Shown: in pieces, positions 25,871 through 36,287 of the stretch
Layout: every line of letters begins with the position of its first letter
Numbering within the stretch: the stretch's first letter is position 1
From: Candidatus Woesearchaeota archaeon
GTDB taxonomy: Archaea; Nanobdellota; Nanobdellia; Woesearchaeales; JABMPP01
NCBI GenBank assembly: GCA_018303405.1
Contig: JAGVYD010000014.1
Coordinates: forward strand, 9,350 to 73,349
Length of the DNA stretch: 64,000 bases
Reading direction: 5' to 3'
Program-made: the position numbers and the translations under genes
Notes under the pieces: generated by a model
The model's input: only the letters and a program-made list of their open reading frames with translations
Database searches by the model: none
What the model was told of the DNA's origin: nothing

Positions 25871-27505
25871 ATGGCTCAGCAAATTCAGCCGATTTTTATT
25901 TTGCCGGAAGGCGCCCAGAGAAGCGTGGGCAAGGATGCGCACTCAACGAATATCATGGCTGCAAAGGCAGTTGCAGAGACAGTCAGGACAACCCTTGGGC
26001 CCAAAGGAATGGACAAGATGCTTGTGGATTCAATGGGGGATGTCACAGTCACAAATGACGGGGTCACAATTCTTGAAGAGATGAATATCGAGCACCCGTC
26101 AGCAAAGATGATAGTTGAAATTGCCAAGACACAGGAAAATGAGGTTGGCGACGGGACTACAACAGCTGTGGTGCTGGCAGGAGAGCTCCTGAAAAATGCA
26201 GAGGAGTTGCTTAACCAAAACATTCATCCAACAGTTGTTGCCAAGGGATACAGGATTGCGTCAGAAAAGGCACAGGTTATCCTGAATGCAATTTCTGAAA
26301 AGATTACAAAGGAGGACAATGACAGCCTGATTAAGATTGCCACAACGGCAATGACTGGAAAGGGCGCTGAGTATTCCAAGGAAAAGCTGGCAAAGATGAC
26401 AGTTGACGCAGTGAAGATGATTGTTGAGTCAGACGGCAACATTGATTCTGAAAATGTGAAAATTGAAAAAAGGTCAGGCGCGCCGGCTGATGATTCCATG
26501 CTTATCAAGGGCGTGCTTATCGACAAGGAAAGGGTGCATCCGGGCATGCCGCGGCAGGTCAAGAATGCCAAGATTGCGCTGATTGACAAGGAGATTGAGA
26601 TATCCAAGACAGAGATTGACAGCAAGATTGAGATAACCTCGCCGGACCAGATGCAGGCATTTTTGGACCAGGAAGAGAAAATGCTGAAAAACCTTGTTGA
26701 AAAAATCCTTTCATCTGGCGCAAACGTGGTCATCTGCCAGAAGGGCATTGATGATGTTGCGCAGTATTTCATGTCAAAGAAGGGCGTTTATGCCGTGAGG
26801 CGGGTCAGCGAATCAGACATGAAAAGGCTGGCCAGGGCGACCGGCGGAAGGGTAGTCAGCAACATACATGACCTCGATAAGTCAGACTTAGGATTCTCCG
26901 GCTCTGTTGAAGAGAAGAAGGTCGGCGATGAGCAGTACACATTCATCCAGGATTGCAAGAACCCGAAGGCAGTTACCCTGCTTGTAAGAGGCGGCACAGA
27001 GCATGTGACAAATGAGATAGAAAGGGCAATCAGTGATGCAGTAGGGGATGTTATTGCAGCCTTGAGGGTTGGCAAGATTGTGGGCGGAGCTGGTGCAGTC
27101 GAGATTGAGCTTTCCAAGCAGCTTTACAAATTTGCGAATTCCCTATCAGGCAAGGAGCAGCTGGCAGCAAAAGCCTTTGCGCAGTCACTGGAAGTCATAC
27201 CCAAGACCCTTGCAGAAAATGCAGGCTTGGACCCGATTGATGTCCTGACTGAGCTGAAGGCCGCGCATGACAAAGGCCAGAAGTGGGCCGGAATCAATGT
27301 ATTTACAGGCAAGGTCATGGATGCCATGAAAAACGGCGTAGTCGAGCCATTGAAAATCAAGACTCAGGCAGTGAGCTCAGCATCCGAAGTTGCAATAATG
27401 ATATTGAGGATTGATGACCTCATAGCAGCTGGCAAGTCCAGTGGGCCATCAGGAGGAGGGCCGCAGATGCCGCCGGGCATGGGCGGTATGGGCGGTGAAT
27501 ACTAA
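25871..27505 (+). CDS. ths: Thermosome subunit (group II chaperonin).
   Basis: Full-length Cpn60/TCP-1 signature. N-terminus [24 protein letters not shown]-terminal GGM repeat tail. Confidence 0.9.
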   Translation: MAQQIQPIFILPEGAQRSVGKDAHSTNIMAAKAVAETVRTTLGPKGMDKMLVDSMGDVTVTNDGVTILEEMNIEHPSAKMIVEIAKTQENEVGDGTTTAVVLAGELLKNAEELLNQNIHPTVVAKGYRIASEKAQVILNAISEKITKEDNDSLIKIATTAMTGKGAEYSKEKLAKMTVDAVKMIVESDGNIDSENVKIEKRSGAPADDSMLIKGVLIDKERVHPGMPRQVKNAKIALIDKEIEISKTEIDSKIEITSPDQMQAFLDQEEKMLKNLVEKILSSGANVVICQKGIDDVAQYFMSKKGVYAVRRVSESDMKRLARATGGRVVSNIHDLDKSDLGFSGSVEEKKVGDEQYTFIQDCKNPKAVTLLVRGGTEHVTNEIERAISDAVGDVIAALRVGKIVGGAGAVEIELSKQLYKFANSLSGKEQLAAKAFAQSLEVIPKTLAENAGLDPIDVLTELKAAHDKGQKWAGINVFTGKVMDAMKNGVVEPLKIKTQAVSSASEVAIMILRIDDLIAAGKSSGPSGGGPQMPPGMGGMGGEY

Positions 27506-27816
27506 TGGGACGAATTAAAACAAAGATGATAAAGAGGCTGACAAAAAAGCTCATGAAATCACATAGTGATTCTTTCAGCGAGGATTTCGGCAAGAACAAG
27601 GCATTGACAGCGAAGTGGACGACAAAATCATCGCCCAAAATCAGGAATATCATTGCTGGCTATGTTACCAGGCTGAAGAAAAAGGGCTACCAGGAAGGGC
27701 AGGCCCTGCCAAGAGCGCCGCCTCAGCAGAAATATTCTGACAGGGGAGACATGTACGGAAGCTCTGACAGGCAAGGCAGAAGGGGCGGCAGCGGCCGTTC
27801 CAGGAACCAGCGATAA
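27505..27816 (+). CDS. rps17e: Ribosomal protein S17e with an RG-rich C-terminal extension.
   Basis: [16 protein letters not shown]...IRNIIAGYVTRLKKK matches the eS17 N-terminus. Confidence 0.7.
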   Translation: MGRIKTKMIKRLTKKLMKSHSDSFSEDFGKNKALTAKWTTKSSPKIRNIIAGYVTRLKKKGYQEGQALPRAPPQQKYSDRGDMYGSSDRQGRRGGSGRSRNQR

Positions 27817-27938
27817 TTTTGCCTGGATATTTTTTTGTTTTTCCCGGGTTTCTTTGTTTTTTCCATCTTGAGTTATCCGTTCTTTATGGCTTTTTCAGCT
27901 GTTTAAGCGCAAATTTAATATAATTGGAGTGCAATTGA

Positions 27939-28172
27939 TTGCCTATCATGCCAAGAGCGGATAAAAATAGGATAATACCGGGAGCGCCGGTTGGGAGATT
28001 GCTGATGGCAGCAGGAGCCAAGCGGGCCAGCGCAGGCGCAGTCCAGGCACTTGCAGAGTATCTTGAAGCAAAAGGCGTGGAGATAGGCGCACGCGCAGTT
28101 GAGATGGCCAAGCACACTGGAAGGAAGACTGTGCACGGGGAAGACATCAAGCTTGCTGCGAGAAAGCAGTAG
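27939..28172 (+). CDS. Archaeal histone-fold protein (HMf-like) with a short basic N-terminal tail.
   Basis: ...IIPGAPVGRLLMAAGAKRASAGAVQALAEYLEAKGVEIGARAVEMAKHTGRKTVHGEDIKLAARKQ aligns with HMfB. The N-terminal tail is MPIMPRADKNR. Confidence 0.8.
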   Translation: MPIMPRADKNRIIPGAPVGRLLMAAGAKRASAGAVQALAEYLEAKGVEIGARAVEMAKHTGRKTVHGEDIKLAARKQ

Positions 28173-28190
28173 AATTGTTGTTAGTTTTTC

Positions 28191-28472
28191 TTATTTCCTT
28201 TTCAATAGGATTTCAATGGATGACACCCTGACATTCTTGCCTTCCTTGTTCTGGAATTCCTCAGAGTCAATGTCGATTTTAATGACTTCAATCTGGCCAG
28301 TGAGAAATCTTTTTTGCGCCACTTCCACCACGTCAACGGCACGGCTGATAAATTTGCCTCTAGCCTTTACTGTGACTTCAGAAGCGTTCTTGGTCGTGAA
28401 TTGCATCACAACCCCGGTCACATAGTTCATGAAGGGCTTGCCGCCAATAAATATTGAATTGTCGCTGCCCAT
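28191..28472 (-). CDS. alba: Alba DNA/RNA-binding protein.
   Basis: ...IFIGGKPFMNYVTGVVMQF...VKARGKFISRAVDVVEVAQKRF...IEILLKRK matches Alba. Confidence 0.8.
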   Translation of the reverse strand: MGSDNSIFIGGKPFMNYVTGVVMQFTTKNASEVTVKARGKFISRAVDVVEVAQKRFLTGQIEVIKIDIDSEEFQNKEGKNVRVSSIEILLKRK

Positions 28473-28766
28473 ACTGCACCCCCTGTTAACTGTTATCCTT
28501 ATGCAGCATAGCTGAGCCAGCCGCGCCCCAATGTCTTCCATTGGTGAAAGCACTCGGTAACTTCAGCGCATATGGAGTTTATATATTTAAAAAGCTTTGT
28601 GTAAAAGATCAGGGCATAACAGCAATAAAATTCAGTCAGCATTATGGAGTGGTAGTAATAAAAATGCCCGCAATTTAAACAAAAAGAATGGCAGCTAAAG
28701 CTGGATTTTCTGCAAAATCGCAATCATTGCAAAATATTTAAATAAGCCCTGGCCTTCTGTTCAGCC

Positions 28767-29408
28767 ATGATTATAACCATATCAGGCATGCCCGGCTCCG
28801 GCAAGACAAGTGTCGCATTGTTTCTGGCAAAAAAATTCAGGCTGAAATATTATTCTGTGGGGACCATAATGAGGTCAATGGCAAGGGAGAAGGGCATCAG
28901 CGTCACAGAGATGAACAAAAGGGGCGAAAAGGACAAAAAAATTGACAGGCAGATTGATGATTACCAGATACGGCTGGGAAAGCGTGTAAAAAATGCGATT
29001 TTTGACGGCAGGCTTAGCTTTCATTTTGTCCCGAAGTCTGTCAGGATTTTGCTTCAATGCGACCCGGAAACAGGCGCCAAGAGGATTTTCAGCCAGAAGA
29101 GAAAGAATGAGAATTACTCAACGTACAGGGAAGCCATTGCATACATTAAGAAAAGGTCGGCATCAGAGCGGTTAAGGTTTAAGCGCTATTACAAAGTTGA
29201 TATTAACAGCAGGAAGAATTTTGACATCGTCTATGACACAAGCCACAATGACCAGTGGAGAAGTGCAAATGAAATTCTCAGGATGGTCGAGACTGTCAGG
29301 AAAAATAAGGCGAAAAACGCTGAGCGCAGGATGGCATCTGGAAATTCCCGAATCATGAACAGGACAGGGATCCGGCGCATCTCTGCAAGATCGGGAAGGG
29401 CAAAATAG
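28767..29408 (+). CDS. cmk: Archaeal-type cytidylate kinase (P-loop NMP kinase) with a basic C-terminal extension.
   Basis: Walker A ISGMPGSGKTSVA followed by an NMP-binding region. Confidence 0.6.
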   Translation: MIITISGMPGSGKTSVALFLAKKFRLKYYSVGTIMRSMAREKGISVTEMNKRGEKDKKIDRQIDDYQIRLGKRVKNAIFDGRLSFHFVPKSVRILLQCDPETGAKRIFSQKRKNENYSTYREAIAYIKKRSASERLRFKRYYKVDINSRKNFDIVYDTSHNDQWRSANEILRMVETVRKNKAKNAERRMASGNSRIMNRTGIRRISARSGRAK

Positions 29409-29467
29409 CCTGATGAATCGTCCTGAAATCAATAAGCTATTTAAATGATAATTTGGTTTTGGTTTCC

Positions 29468-30799
29468 ATGGCAAACATCCTGCTTATTGGCTGCGGCGCC
29501 CGGGAGCACGCAATTGCTGACGCTGTCAAGCGCAGCCCCCAGAAGCCGGTTCTTTATGCAGTGATGGCCTGGAGAAATCCGGCTTTGATTGCAATGTGCG
29601 AGGACTTTATTGTTGCAAAATACAATGATTTCCAGGCGCTTGAGCTTTTCGTGAAGAAGATTAAGCCTGAGTTTTGCATAATCGGCCCTGAGCAGCCCTT
29701 GGCAGAGGGAGTGGTTGACTTTCTCGCAGACCACGGGATTCCGTGCGTCGGCCCTACAAAAAGCCTGGCCAGGCTGGAAACCAGCAAATCATTCACAAGG
29801 ATGCTGATGGATAAGTATAAGATTCCAGGGCTGCCAAAATTCCATGTTTTTGATTCCATGGACGGGATTGCTGAATTCATCGACATGCTCGCAGAGGAAG
29901 GCAAGCAGTTTGTCATAAAGCCTGATGGCCTGACTGGCGGGAAGGGAGTCAAAGTGCAGGGCGACCACCTGAAAGGCAAGGATGATGCATTGGACTATTG
30001 CAAGGAGATTCTTGCGCAGGGCCAGGTGGTAATTGAGGAAAAGCTGGACGGCGAGGAATTCAGCATCCAATGCTTCTGCGATGGAAAGGCAGTTGTGCCG
30101 ACTCCTGCAGCGCAGGACCATAAAAGGGCTTTTGATGGTGACAAGGGGCCCAATACAGGGGGGATGGGAAGCTACAGCATGGAAAACCACCTCTTGCCGT
30201 TTCTTACACAGGATGCAGCAGACCAGGGGATAGAGATCACGAGAAGGATGGCAGCTGCGCTTTATGAGGAGACAGGCGAATTTTACAAGGGCATCATGTA
30301 TGGTGGCTATATCCTCACAAGGGAAGGGGTCAAGCTGATAGAGTACAATGCAAGGTTTGCTGACCCTGAATCAATGAATGTCCTGACTATTTTGGTCACA
30401 GATTTTGTCGAAATCTGCCGTGCAATAATAAATGAGGAGCTCGGCGATCTGGAAATTGTCTTTGCCAGCAAGGCAACTGTGTGCAAGTATGCTGTTCCAC
30501 AGGGATATCCTGACAAGCCAGCCAGGGGAGAGGAGATTTCGCTGGGCGAAAAAATCGCTGGTGTGAAAATCTACCTGGCATCAGTGGAGCAAAGCAAGGG
30601 TGACCCAAAAAAAATGGTCATGCTCGGCTCAAGGGCAATAGCATTTGTGGGCATTGCCGACACAATTCAAAATGCAGAGTACCTGGCGGAAAAAGCTGTT
30701 TCAGCTGTGCAGGGCCCGGCTTTCCACAGAAAGGACATTGGCACCACTGACTTGATTGATAAGAGAGTTGACCATATCAGGAAGATGTCGCCAAGGTAA
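29468..30799 (+). CDS. purD: Phosphoribosylamine-glycine ligase.
   Basis: N-terminus MANILLIGCGAREHAIA plus an ATP-grasp core. Confidence 0.85.
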   Translation: MANILLIGCGAREHAIADAVKRSPQKPVLYAVMAWRNPALIAMCEDFIVAKYNDFQALELFVKKIKPEFCIIGPEQPLAEGVVDFLADHGIPCVGPTKSLARLETSKSFTRMLMDKYKIPGLPKFHVFDSMDGIAEFIDMLAEEGKQFVIKPDGLTGGKGVKVQGDHLKGKDDALDYCKEILAQGQVVIEEKLDGEEFSIQCFCDGKAVVPTPAAQDHKRAFDGDKGPNTGGMGSYSMENHLLPFLTQDAADQGIEITRRMAAALYEETGEFYKGIMYGGYILTREGVKLIEYNARFADPESMNVLTILVTDFVEICRAIINEELGDLEIVFASKATVCKYAVPQGYPDKPARGEEISLGEKIAGVKIYLASVEQSKGDPKKMVMLGSRAIAFVGIADTIQNAEYLAEKAVSAVQGPAFHRKDIGTTDLIDKRVDHIRKMSPR

Positions 30800-30831
30800 G
30801 CTTGTGCCGGCAGTTAGGAAAATATCGCACC

Positions 30832-31380
30832 ATGAAAGAAAATTTAAGAAAGCATTTTCTGGAAAAGAGGAACGCGCTTCAGGAAAAGCAGATTCAGGAT
30901 TGGAGCAGAATTATCAGGGCTAACCTCGAATCCCTGCCGGAATTCCAGAGAGCCAGGAGCTGCATGGTCTTTGTCTCCAAAGGCAGCGAAGTTTTTACCC
31001 ACGATTTAATCCAGGAAAACCTGACAAGAAAAAGGATTTCCGTGCCTGCCACAACCAAGGCGCATATCATCCCGGCCGTAATCAATTATTTTGACGAGCT
31101 TAAGGAAGGCATGTTTGGGATTCTTGAGCCCAGAAAGATTGTTGAAATGGACAAAGAGGACATTGATTTGGTTATTGTCCCGGGGATTGCCTTTGATGAA
31201 ACTGGCAACAGGCTCGGCTATGGGAAGGGGTATTATGATAAGTTCCTGAAATTGGTTGGCTGCCCAAAAATTGCCCTTTCTTTTGAAATGCAGATTGCAG
31301 AAGAAGTGCCGCGGCACAGCAATGATGTCAAAATGGATATCATTGTGACAGAGCAAAGAGTTATAAAGCCTGGCAGGTAA
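30832..31380 (+). CDS. 5-formyltetrahydrofolate cyclo-ligase (MTHFS).
   Basis: ...VIVPGIAFDETGNRLGYGKGYYDKFL... is the MTHFS signature. Confidence 0.65.
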   Translation: MKENLRKHFLEKRNALQEKQIQDWSRIIRANLESLPEFQRARSCMVFVSKGSEVFTHDLIQENLTRKRISVPATTKAHIIPAVINYFDELKEGMFGILEPRKIVEMDKEDIDLVIVPGIAFDETGNRLGYGKGYYDKFLKLVGCPKIALSFEMQIAEEVPRHSNDVKMDIIVTEQRVIKPGR

Positions 31381-31459
31381 TAGACAGCAATAATAAATTA
31401 ACTATATTTAAGTTTTGGCATATTTAAGTTTTGGTGCAAGATTAAAAAGAGCGGAAAAA

Positions 31460-32119
31460 ATGGACTTGAAAACACATTCTGTCGAGCAGGCTATAATAGA
31501 CATCAGGAACGGAAAATTCATAGTAATTTTCGACCCTGAAAGGGAAAAAGAGGGGGACTTGGTCATTGCCGCCAAATTTGCCACCCCGCCAAAGCTTAAG
31601 TTTCTCATGCAAAACTGCTACCAGCAGGTCTGTGTTCCAATGACCGAGCATCTGCTGAAGAAGATGGGGATTCCGCCGATGACTTATTATTCAGAGGATT
31701 TCCACGGCTGCAGGTACGCGCTGTCATGTGATTCCAAAAAGGGAGGCACTGGCGTTTCTGCACGTGACAAGAGCCTCGTTATCCAGGACCTTGTTGCAGG
31801 CAGGCTTGAAAACCTGAGCATGCCGGGCCACACCTTCCCATTGATTGCCAGGCCTGGCGGATTATTCCAGAGGCGCGGCCACACAGAGGCTTCCATTGAC
31901 CTGCTGAAACTGGCAGGCATCAAGCCTGAAATTGCTGTTCTTGCTGAAATCATAGACAATAAGCGCGCAGAGTCAGCCACTGGAGAGGAGCTTGAGGCAT
32001 TTATCGCGAAAAATGGCCTTACAGTTGTCAAGATCCAGGACATTCTGGATTTTATGGCCAGGCCAGGCGAGCCGCAGCTGAATATCACTGCTGAACTGAA
32101 GGAAAAGCCAGCTCAATAA
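31460..32119 (+). CDS. ribB: 3,4-dihydroxy-2-butanone 4-phosphate synthase.
   Basis: ...REKEGDLVIAA...ARD...RGHTEASIDL... is the DHBP synthase signature. Confidence 0.7.
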   Translation: MDLKTHSVEQAIIDIRNGKFIVIFDPEREKEGDLVIAAKFATPPKLKFLMQNCYQQVCVPMTEHLLKKMGIPPMTYYSEDFHGCRYALSCDSKKGGTGVSARDKSLVIQDLVAGRLENLSMPGHTFPLIARPGGLFQRRGHTEASIDLLKLAGIKPEIAVLAEIIDNKRAESATGEELEAFIAKNGLTVVKIQDILDFMARPGEPQLNITAELKEKPAQ

Positions 32120-32170
32120 AACAATAAAACATATAAATACCCCTAAAATCGCATTGATTGGTGGGGAAAA

Positions 32171-33463
32171 ATGGCACCAATTTCTTTCATGGACGACCTC
32201 AGGAAAAAAGATCCGGCAGTGGCTGAAACTATAGACCACGAATTGAGGCGCATCAGGAATGGCGTCGAGCTTATTCCTTCTGAAAATTTTGTTTCCCTTG
32301 CAGTGATGCAGGTCATGGGAACTGTCTTTACAAACAAGTACTCTGAAGGCTACCCGCATAAAAGGTATTATGGAGGCAATGAATATGTTGACATGGTTGA
32401 GGACATTGCTGTTGAGCGGGCAAAAAAGCTGTTTGGCGCTGAGCATGTGAATGTCCAGCCTTATTCCGGCAGCCCTGCCAACCTGGCATGCTTTTTTGCA
32501 TTCATGAGCCTGGGCGATGATTTCATGGGCCTGGACCTGTCCTGCGGCGGCCATCTCACGCACGGCAGCCCTGTTAATTTCTCAGGCAAATGGTACAAGA
32601 TACACAGCTATGGTGTCAACAAGGACACAGAGCTCATGGAGATGGATGTCATAAGAAAACAGGCAAAGGAAGTCAAGCCGAAAATGATAATTTCCGGGCT
32701 GACAGCCTACCCAAGAAAAATTGATTTCAAGGCATTCCAGGAAATCTGCGACGAAGTTGGCGCAATCCACATGTCTGATATTTCGCATATTTCCGGATTG
32801 GTCGTTTCAGGCGTGCATCCGAGCCCGGTACCGCATGCAGATGTTGTCACAACAACAACGCATAAGACATTGAGGGGGCCAAGAGGGGCCATGATAATGT
32901 GCAAGGAAAAGCATGCAAAGGCAATTGACAAGGCTGTTTTCCCGGGATTGCAGGGCGGGCCTCATGACCACATCACAGCTGCAAAGGCAGTTGCATTTGG
33001 CGAGGCCCTTCAGCCAGACTTCAAGGAGTATGGAAAGCAGATAGTCAAAAATGCAAAAGCAATGGCTGAAGAGCTTATGCGAAAAGGGGTAAAGCTTGTC
33101 ACAGACGGGACAGACAACCACCTTATGGTAATAGACCTGACCAAAAGCATGGGCAGGGATTTGACTGGAAAAGGCAAGGAGATACAGATTGCCCTGGAGG
33201 AAGCAGGGATTTACACAAACAAGAACACAATCCCTTATGAGCCTGGCTCGCCATTCAACCCTTCGGGCATAAGGATCGGGACTCCTGCAATAACAACAAG
33301 AGGCATGAAGGAAAGCGAAATGAAAGTGATTGCGGACGGAATTTCCAGGGTCATTGCCAAGTTTGAGGACAGGGACGCAATAACCAGAGTCAATGAGGAC
33401 ATTCTTGAAATGTGCAAGAAATTCGAGCTATATCCCGGGCTGGACATATTGAAGATGAAGTGA
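32171..33463 (+). CDS. glyA: Serine hydroxymethyltransferase.
   Basis: PLP-binding region TTTTHKTLRGPRG and full-length SHMT architecture. Confidence 0.9.
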   Translation: MAPISFMDDLRKKDPAVAETIDHELRRIRNGVELIPSENFVSLAVMQVMGTVFTNKYSEGYPHKRYYGGNEYVDMVEDIAVERAKKLFGAEHVNVQPYSGSPANLACFFAFMSLGDDFMGLDLSCGGHLTHGSPVNFSGKWYKIHSYGVNKDTELMEMDVIRKQAKEVKPKMIISGLTAYPRKIDFKAFQEICDEVGAIHMSDISHISGLVVSGVHPSPVPHADVVTTTTHKTLRGPRGAMIMCKEKHAKAIDKAVFPGLQGGPHDHITAAKAVAFGEALQPDFKEYGKQIVKNAKAMAEELMRKGVKLVTDGTDNHLMVIDLTKSMGRDLTGKGKEIQIALEEAGIYTNKNTIPYEPGSPFNPSGIRIGTPAITTRGMKESEMKVIADGISRVIAKFEDRDAITRVNEDILEMCKKFELYPGLDILKMK

Positions 33464-33499
33464 ATAAGATTTATATAGCGCTGATTTCTCTCATATTGT

Positions 33500-34345
33500 A
33501 TGCCAGCCAACATAATCAATGGAAAGGCGCTTGCCGATAAAATCCGAGATAAATTGAAGGAAAAAATATCCAAGGGCAATGCAAAGCCGGGCCTTGCCAT
33601 AATCCAGGTAGGCGACAATCCTGTATCGGCAGTTTACATCAACAAGAAGATGCTCGCTGGCAACGATGTCGGCATCAACATGCAGCATGTCAAGCTTCCT
33701 GAGAATTGCAGGAATGAGGATGTGCTCCAGAAGATTGATGAGCTGAACAATTCGCCCGAGATTCATGGCATGATAGTCCAGCTCCCGCTGCCAAAGCAGC
33801 TTGACACCAATCTGGTCATGAACGCAGTTCTGCCACACAAAGATGTTGACGGATTTCACCCAGTCAATATTGGCAACCTTGCAGCAGGTTCTCCGAAATT
33901 CATTCCAGCAACAGCCAAAGGCATATTAAAATTGATTGAATCAACAGGAATACCATTGAAAGGCAGGCATGCAGTTGTTGTTGGCAGGAGCAACATTGTC
34001 GGAAGGCCGACAAGCTATCTTCTGCTGCAAAAGGATTGCACTGTCACTGTATGCCACAGGGAAACAAGGGACTTGGCCAGCCACACAAGACAGGCTGATA
34101 TCCTTGTGGTTGCAGTCGGAAAAATCGGACTGATAACAGGGAGCATGATCAAGCCAGGCGCAATTGTAATAGATGTCGGGATGAACAAGACAGAGGACGG
34201 CAGGCTTTGCGGCGATGTTGACTTCAATACAGCAAAAGATTTTGCAGGATGGATTACCACTGTGCCTGGCGGAGTAGGGCCGATGACTGTGGCTATGCTT
34301 TTAGAAAATACGTATGAGGCTATGGTGAATAATCCTTTCAAATAA
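33500..34345 (+). CDS. folD: Bifunctional methylene-THF dehydrogenase/cyclohydrolase.
   Basis: ...VVGRSNIVGRPTSYLL... Rossmann motif and FolD architecture. Confidence 0.85.
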   Translation: MPANIINGKALADKIRDKLKEKISKGNAKPGLAIIQVGDNPVSAVYINKKMLAGNDVGINMQHVKLPENCRNEDVLQKIDELNNSPEIHGMIVQLPLPKQLDTNLVMNAVLPHKDVDGFHPVNIGNLAAGSPKFIPATAKGILKLIESTGIPLKGRHAVVVGRSNIVGRPTSYLLLQKDCTVTVCHRETRDLASHTRQADILVVAVGKIGLITGSMIKPGAIVIDVGMNKTEDGRLCGDVDFNTAKDFAGWITTVPGGVGPMTVAMLLENTYEAMVNNPFK

Positions 34346-34421
34346 ACAGTATTGAATTCTGCAGGTGAAAAATAAGGTTTATAAAGAGTTCATCACTTCT
34401 AAGTAGAGAGGCAGTAATATC

Positions 34422-34937
34422 ATGGACCTAAACAAAATTGTTGCGAAATCTGTGGAACTTAAACTGATTGACGGCTCGATCGTGCGCGGCAAGGTTCTGA
34501 CTAGGGACATCGCAGAGAAATTGGATATCTATAATTTTGACTATCCATTTGGGGGGAAATATTTCTTCAGGACTGAGGATGGTAATTATGTTAGGCTCAG
34601 TGCTCACGGAATTAATAGGGTTGTGGGAACCCATGGGCCTCTCCGGCAGCAGACAAGGCCCTACTCGTTGAAAATAGAAACATACGACTCTGATAAAAAA
34701 GGCAGGATAATTGAAAGTTATCCCTCTCAATTTGCCCTGATAAGCTGGCCACTTAAGTCAGGCGCTCAGGTATTGGAGATGGTGAACATAAACTCTCCTC
34801 ACACAATAAAAAAATTGGACTTAATGCAGAGGTATGGCAATGGCAGGCCGCAGTTGGTTTATAGTGAAAAAGCCCCTGAAGGGGTATTGACAGGGCCCGG
34901 CGGCTTGATTAAAGCATTGGTCCAGAACCAGGCCTGA
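34422..34937 (+). CDS. Hypothetical protein.
   Basis: 171 aa. No family recognised. Confidence 0.35.
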   Translation: MDLNKIVAKSVELKLIDGSIVRGKVLTRDIAEKLDIYNFDYPFGGKYFFRTEDGNYVRLSAHGINRVVGTHGPLRQQTRPYSLKIETYDSDKKGRIIESYPSQFALISWPLKSGAQVLEMVNINSPHTIKKLDLMQRYGNGRPQLVYSEKAPEGVLTGPGGLIKALVQNQA

Positions 34938-34998
34938 TGAAGGCGAATTCTTTCAGTAACTTTTATAAACCTACATTTTCTCCCGGGATTGAGCCAAA

Positions 34999-35610
34999 AT
35001 GCTGAAAATCGGAGTTCTATCCTCTACAAGGGCCACAGACATGATTGCACTACTGGATGCAATAAAAAACCGTGAAGTGGATGCCAGGGTGACAGTGGTC
35101 ATAAGCGACAAAAAGAGCGCATTGGCGCTGGACAATGCAAAAAGGCACGGCATTGCAGCGATTGCTGTCAGCCCGGCCGACAAGTCAAGGGAGGACTTTG
35201 ACAAGGAGATCTCGGAAATACTTGACCAGCACAGTGTGGAACTTGTTTTGATGATTGGTTATATGAGGATTGTCTCCCCCTGGTTTGTCAACAGGTATAA
35301 GCACAGGATAATGAACATTCATCCAAGCCTCTTGCCCGCCTTTGCCGGCGGCATGGACAAGGATGTGCACAAGACTGTCCTGGACTCAGGAGTAAAAATA
35401 ACAGGCTGCACACTGCATTTTGTTGACGAGTCAGTGGATGGCGGGCCAATAATAATGCAAAAGGCAGTTGCAATTCAGGAAAGCGAGAGTGTGGACACAT
35501 TGAAGGCAAAAGTCCAGAAGGCAGAGCAGGAAATCATAATCACTGCAGTAAAACTTTATTCACAGGGCAAGCTGAAAGTTGAGGGCAATAAGGTTGTGTC
35601 AGCTGCATGA
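34999..35610 (+). CDS. purN: Phosphoribosylglycinamide formyltransferase.
   Basis: ...NIHPSLLPAFAG... formyltransferase motif. Confidence 0.85.
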   Translation: MLKIGVLSSTRATDMIALLDAIKNREVDARVTVVISDKKSALALDNAKRHGIAAIAVSPADKSREDFDKEISEILDQHSVELVLMIGYMRIVSPWFVNRYKHRIMNIHPSLLPAFAGGMDKDVHKTVLDSGVKITGCTLHFVDESVDGGPIIMQKAVAIQESESVDTLKAKVQKAEQEIIITAVKLYSQGKLKVEGNKVVSAA

Positions 35611-35636
35611 ATCACTTATGAAGGGGCGACGCTGAA

Positions 35637-36287
35637 ATGAAGGTTTATTTTGTAACCCAGAATGATTATAAGGTCAAAGAAGTCAAGGCAATCATGAAGG
35701 AATATGGGATTAAGATAGATAAGCTCAACCTGGAAAAGGATGAGATGAAGGAAAAGCCCATTGAGCAGGTTGCAGTTGAAAATGCCGAGAAATTTGCGCG
35801 AAAGCATAATGTCCCGGTAATAGTGGAAGACACTGGCTTTTATTTTCATGCCTATGGAAATTTCCCAGGGAGCAATCCAAAACTGATGTATGGCCTTTTG
35901 GGCTACAAAGGCCTGATGAAGCTCCTGGAAAACGAGCAGAACAGAGGGGCTGAATTCAGGAGCGCTGTTGCATTTTCAGACGGGCAGCAGACCAAGCTGA
36001 TTATCGGAAAGCTGACTGGCAGGGTCAGTGATTGCGTTCATGGCGAGGATATTGATGTTATGCCGTATGAGAGGATATTCATAGCAGATGGGCATGAGAA
36101 GCCATTGGCATTCCTGCCAAGGGCAGAGAAAAATAAGATGAGCCACCGTGCCAAGGCGTTCAGGGAAATGGCGGACTGGCTCAACCAAAAGCATAACCTA
36201 AAAAAGGAAGAGAAAGTACAGGACAGCCTCCAGGAAGATGAGTTCCCGGAGATGCACAATTATGAGATGAATGGTGATTATTATTAA
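35637..36287 (+). CDS. Non-canonical purine NTP pyrophosphatase (Ham1/ITPase family).
   Basis: ...EDTGFYF...GNFPG...SHRAKAF... are Ham1 motifs. Confidence 0.7.
   Translation: MKVYFVTQNDYKVKEVKAIMKEYGIKIDKLNLEKDEMKEKPIEQVAVENAEKFARKHNVPVIVEDTGFYFHAYGNFPGSNPKLMYGLLGYKGLMKLLENEQNRGAEFRSAVAFSDGQQTKLIIGKLTGRVSDCVHGEDIDVMPYERIFIADGHEKPLAFLPRAEKNKMSHRAKAFREMADWLNQKHNLKKEEKVQDSLQEDEFPEMHNYEMNGDYY

Noticed and set aside
26224-27360. Several antisense ORFs (182, 109 and 78 aa) inside the thermosome gene
   Set aside because: They are mirror-frame artefacts within a high-confidence CDS.
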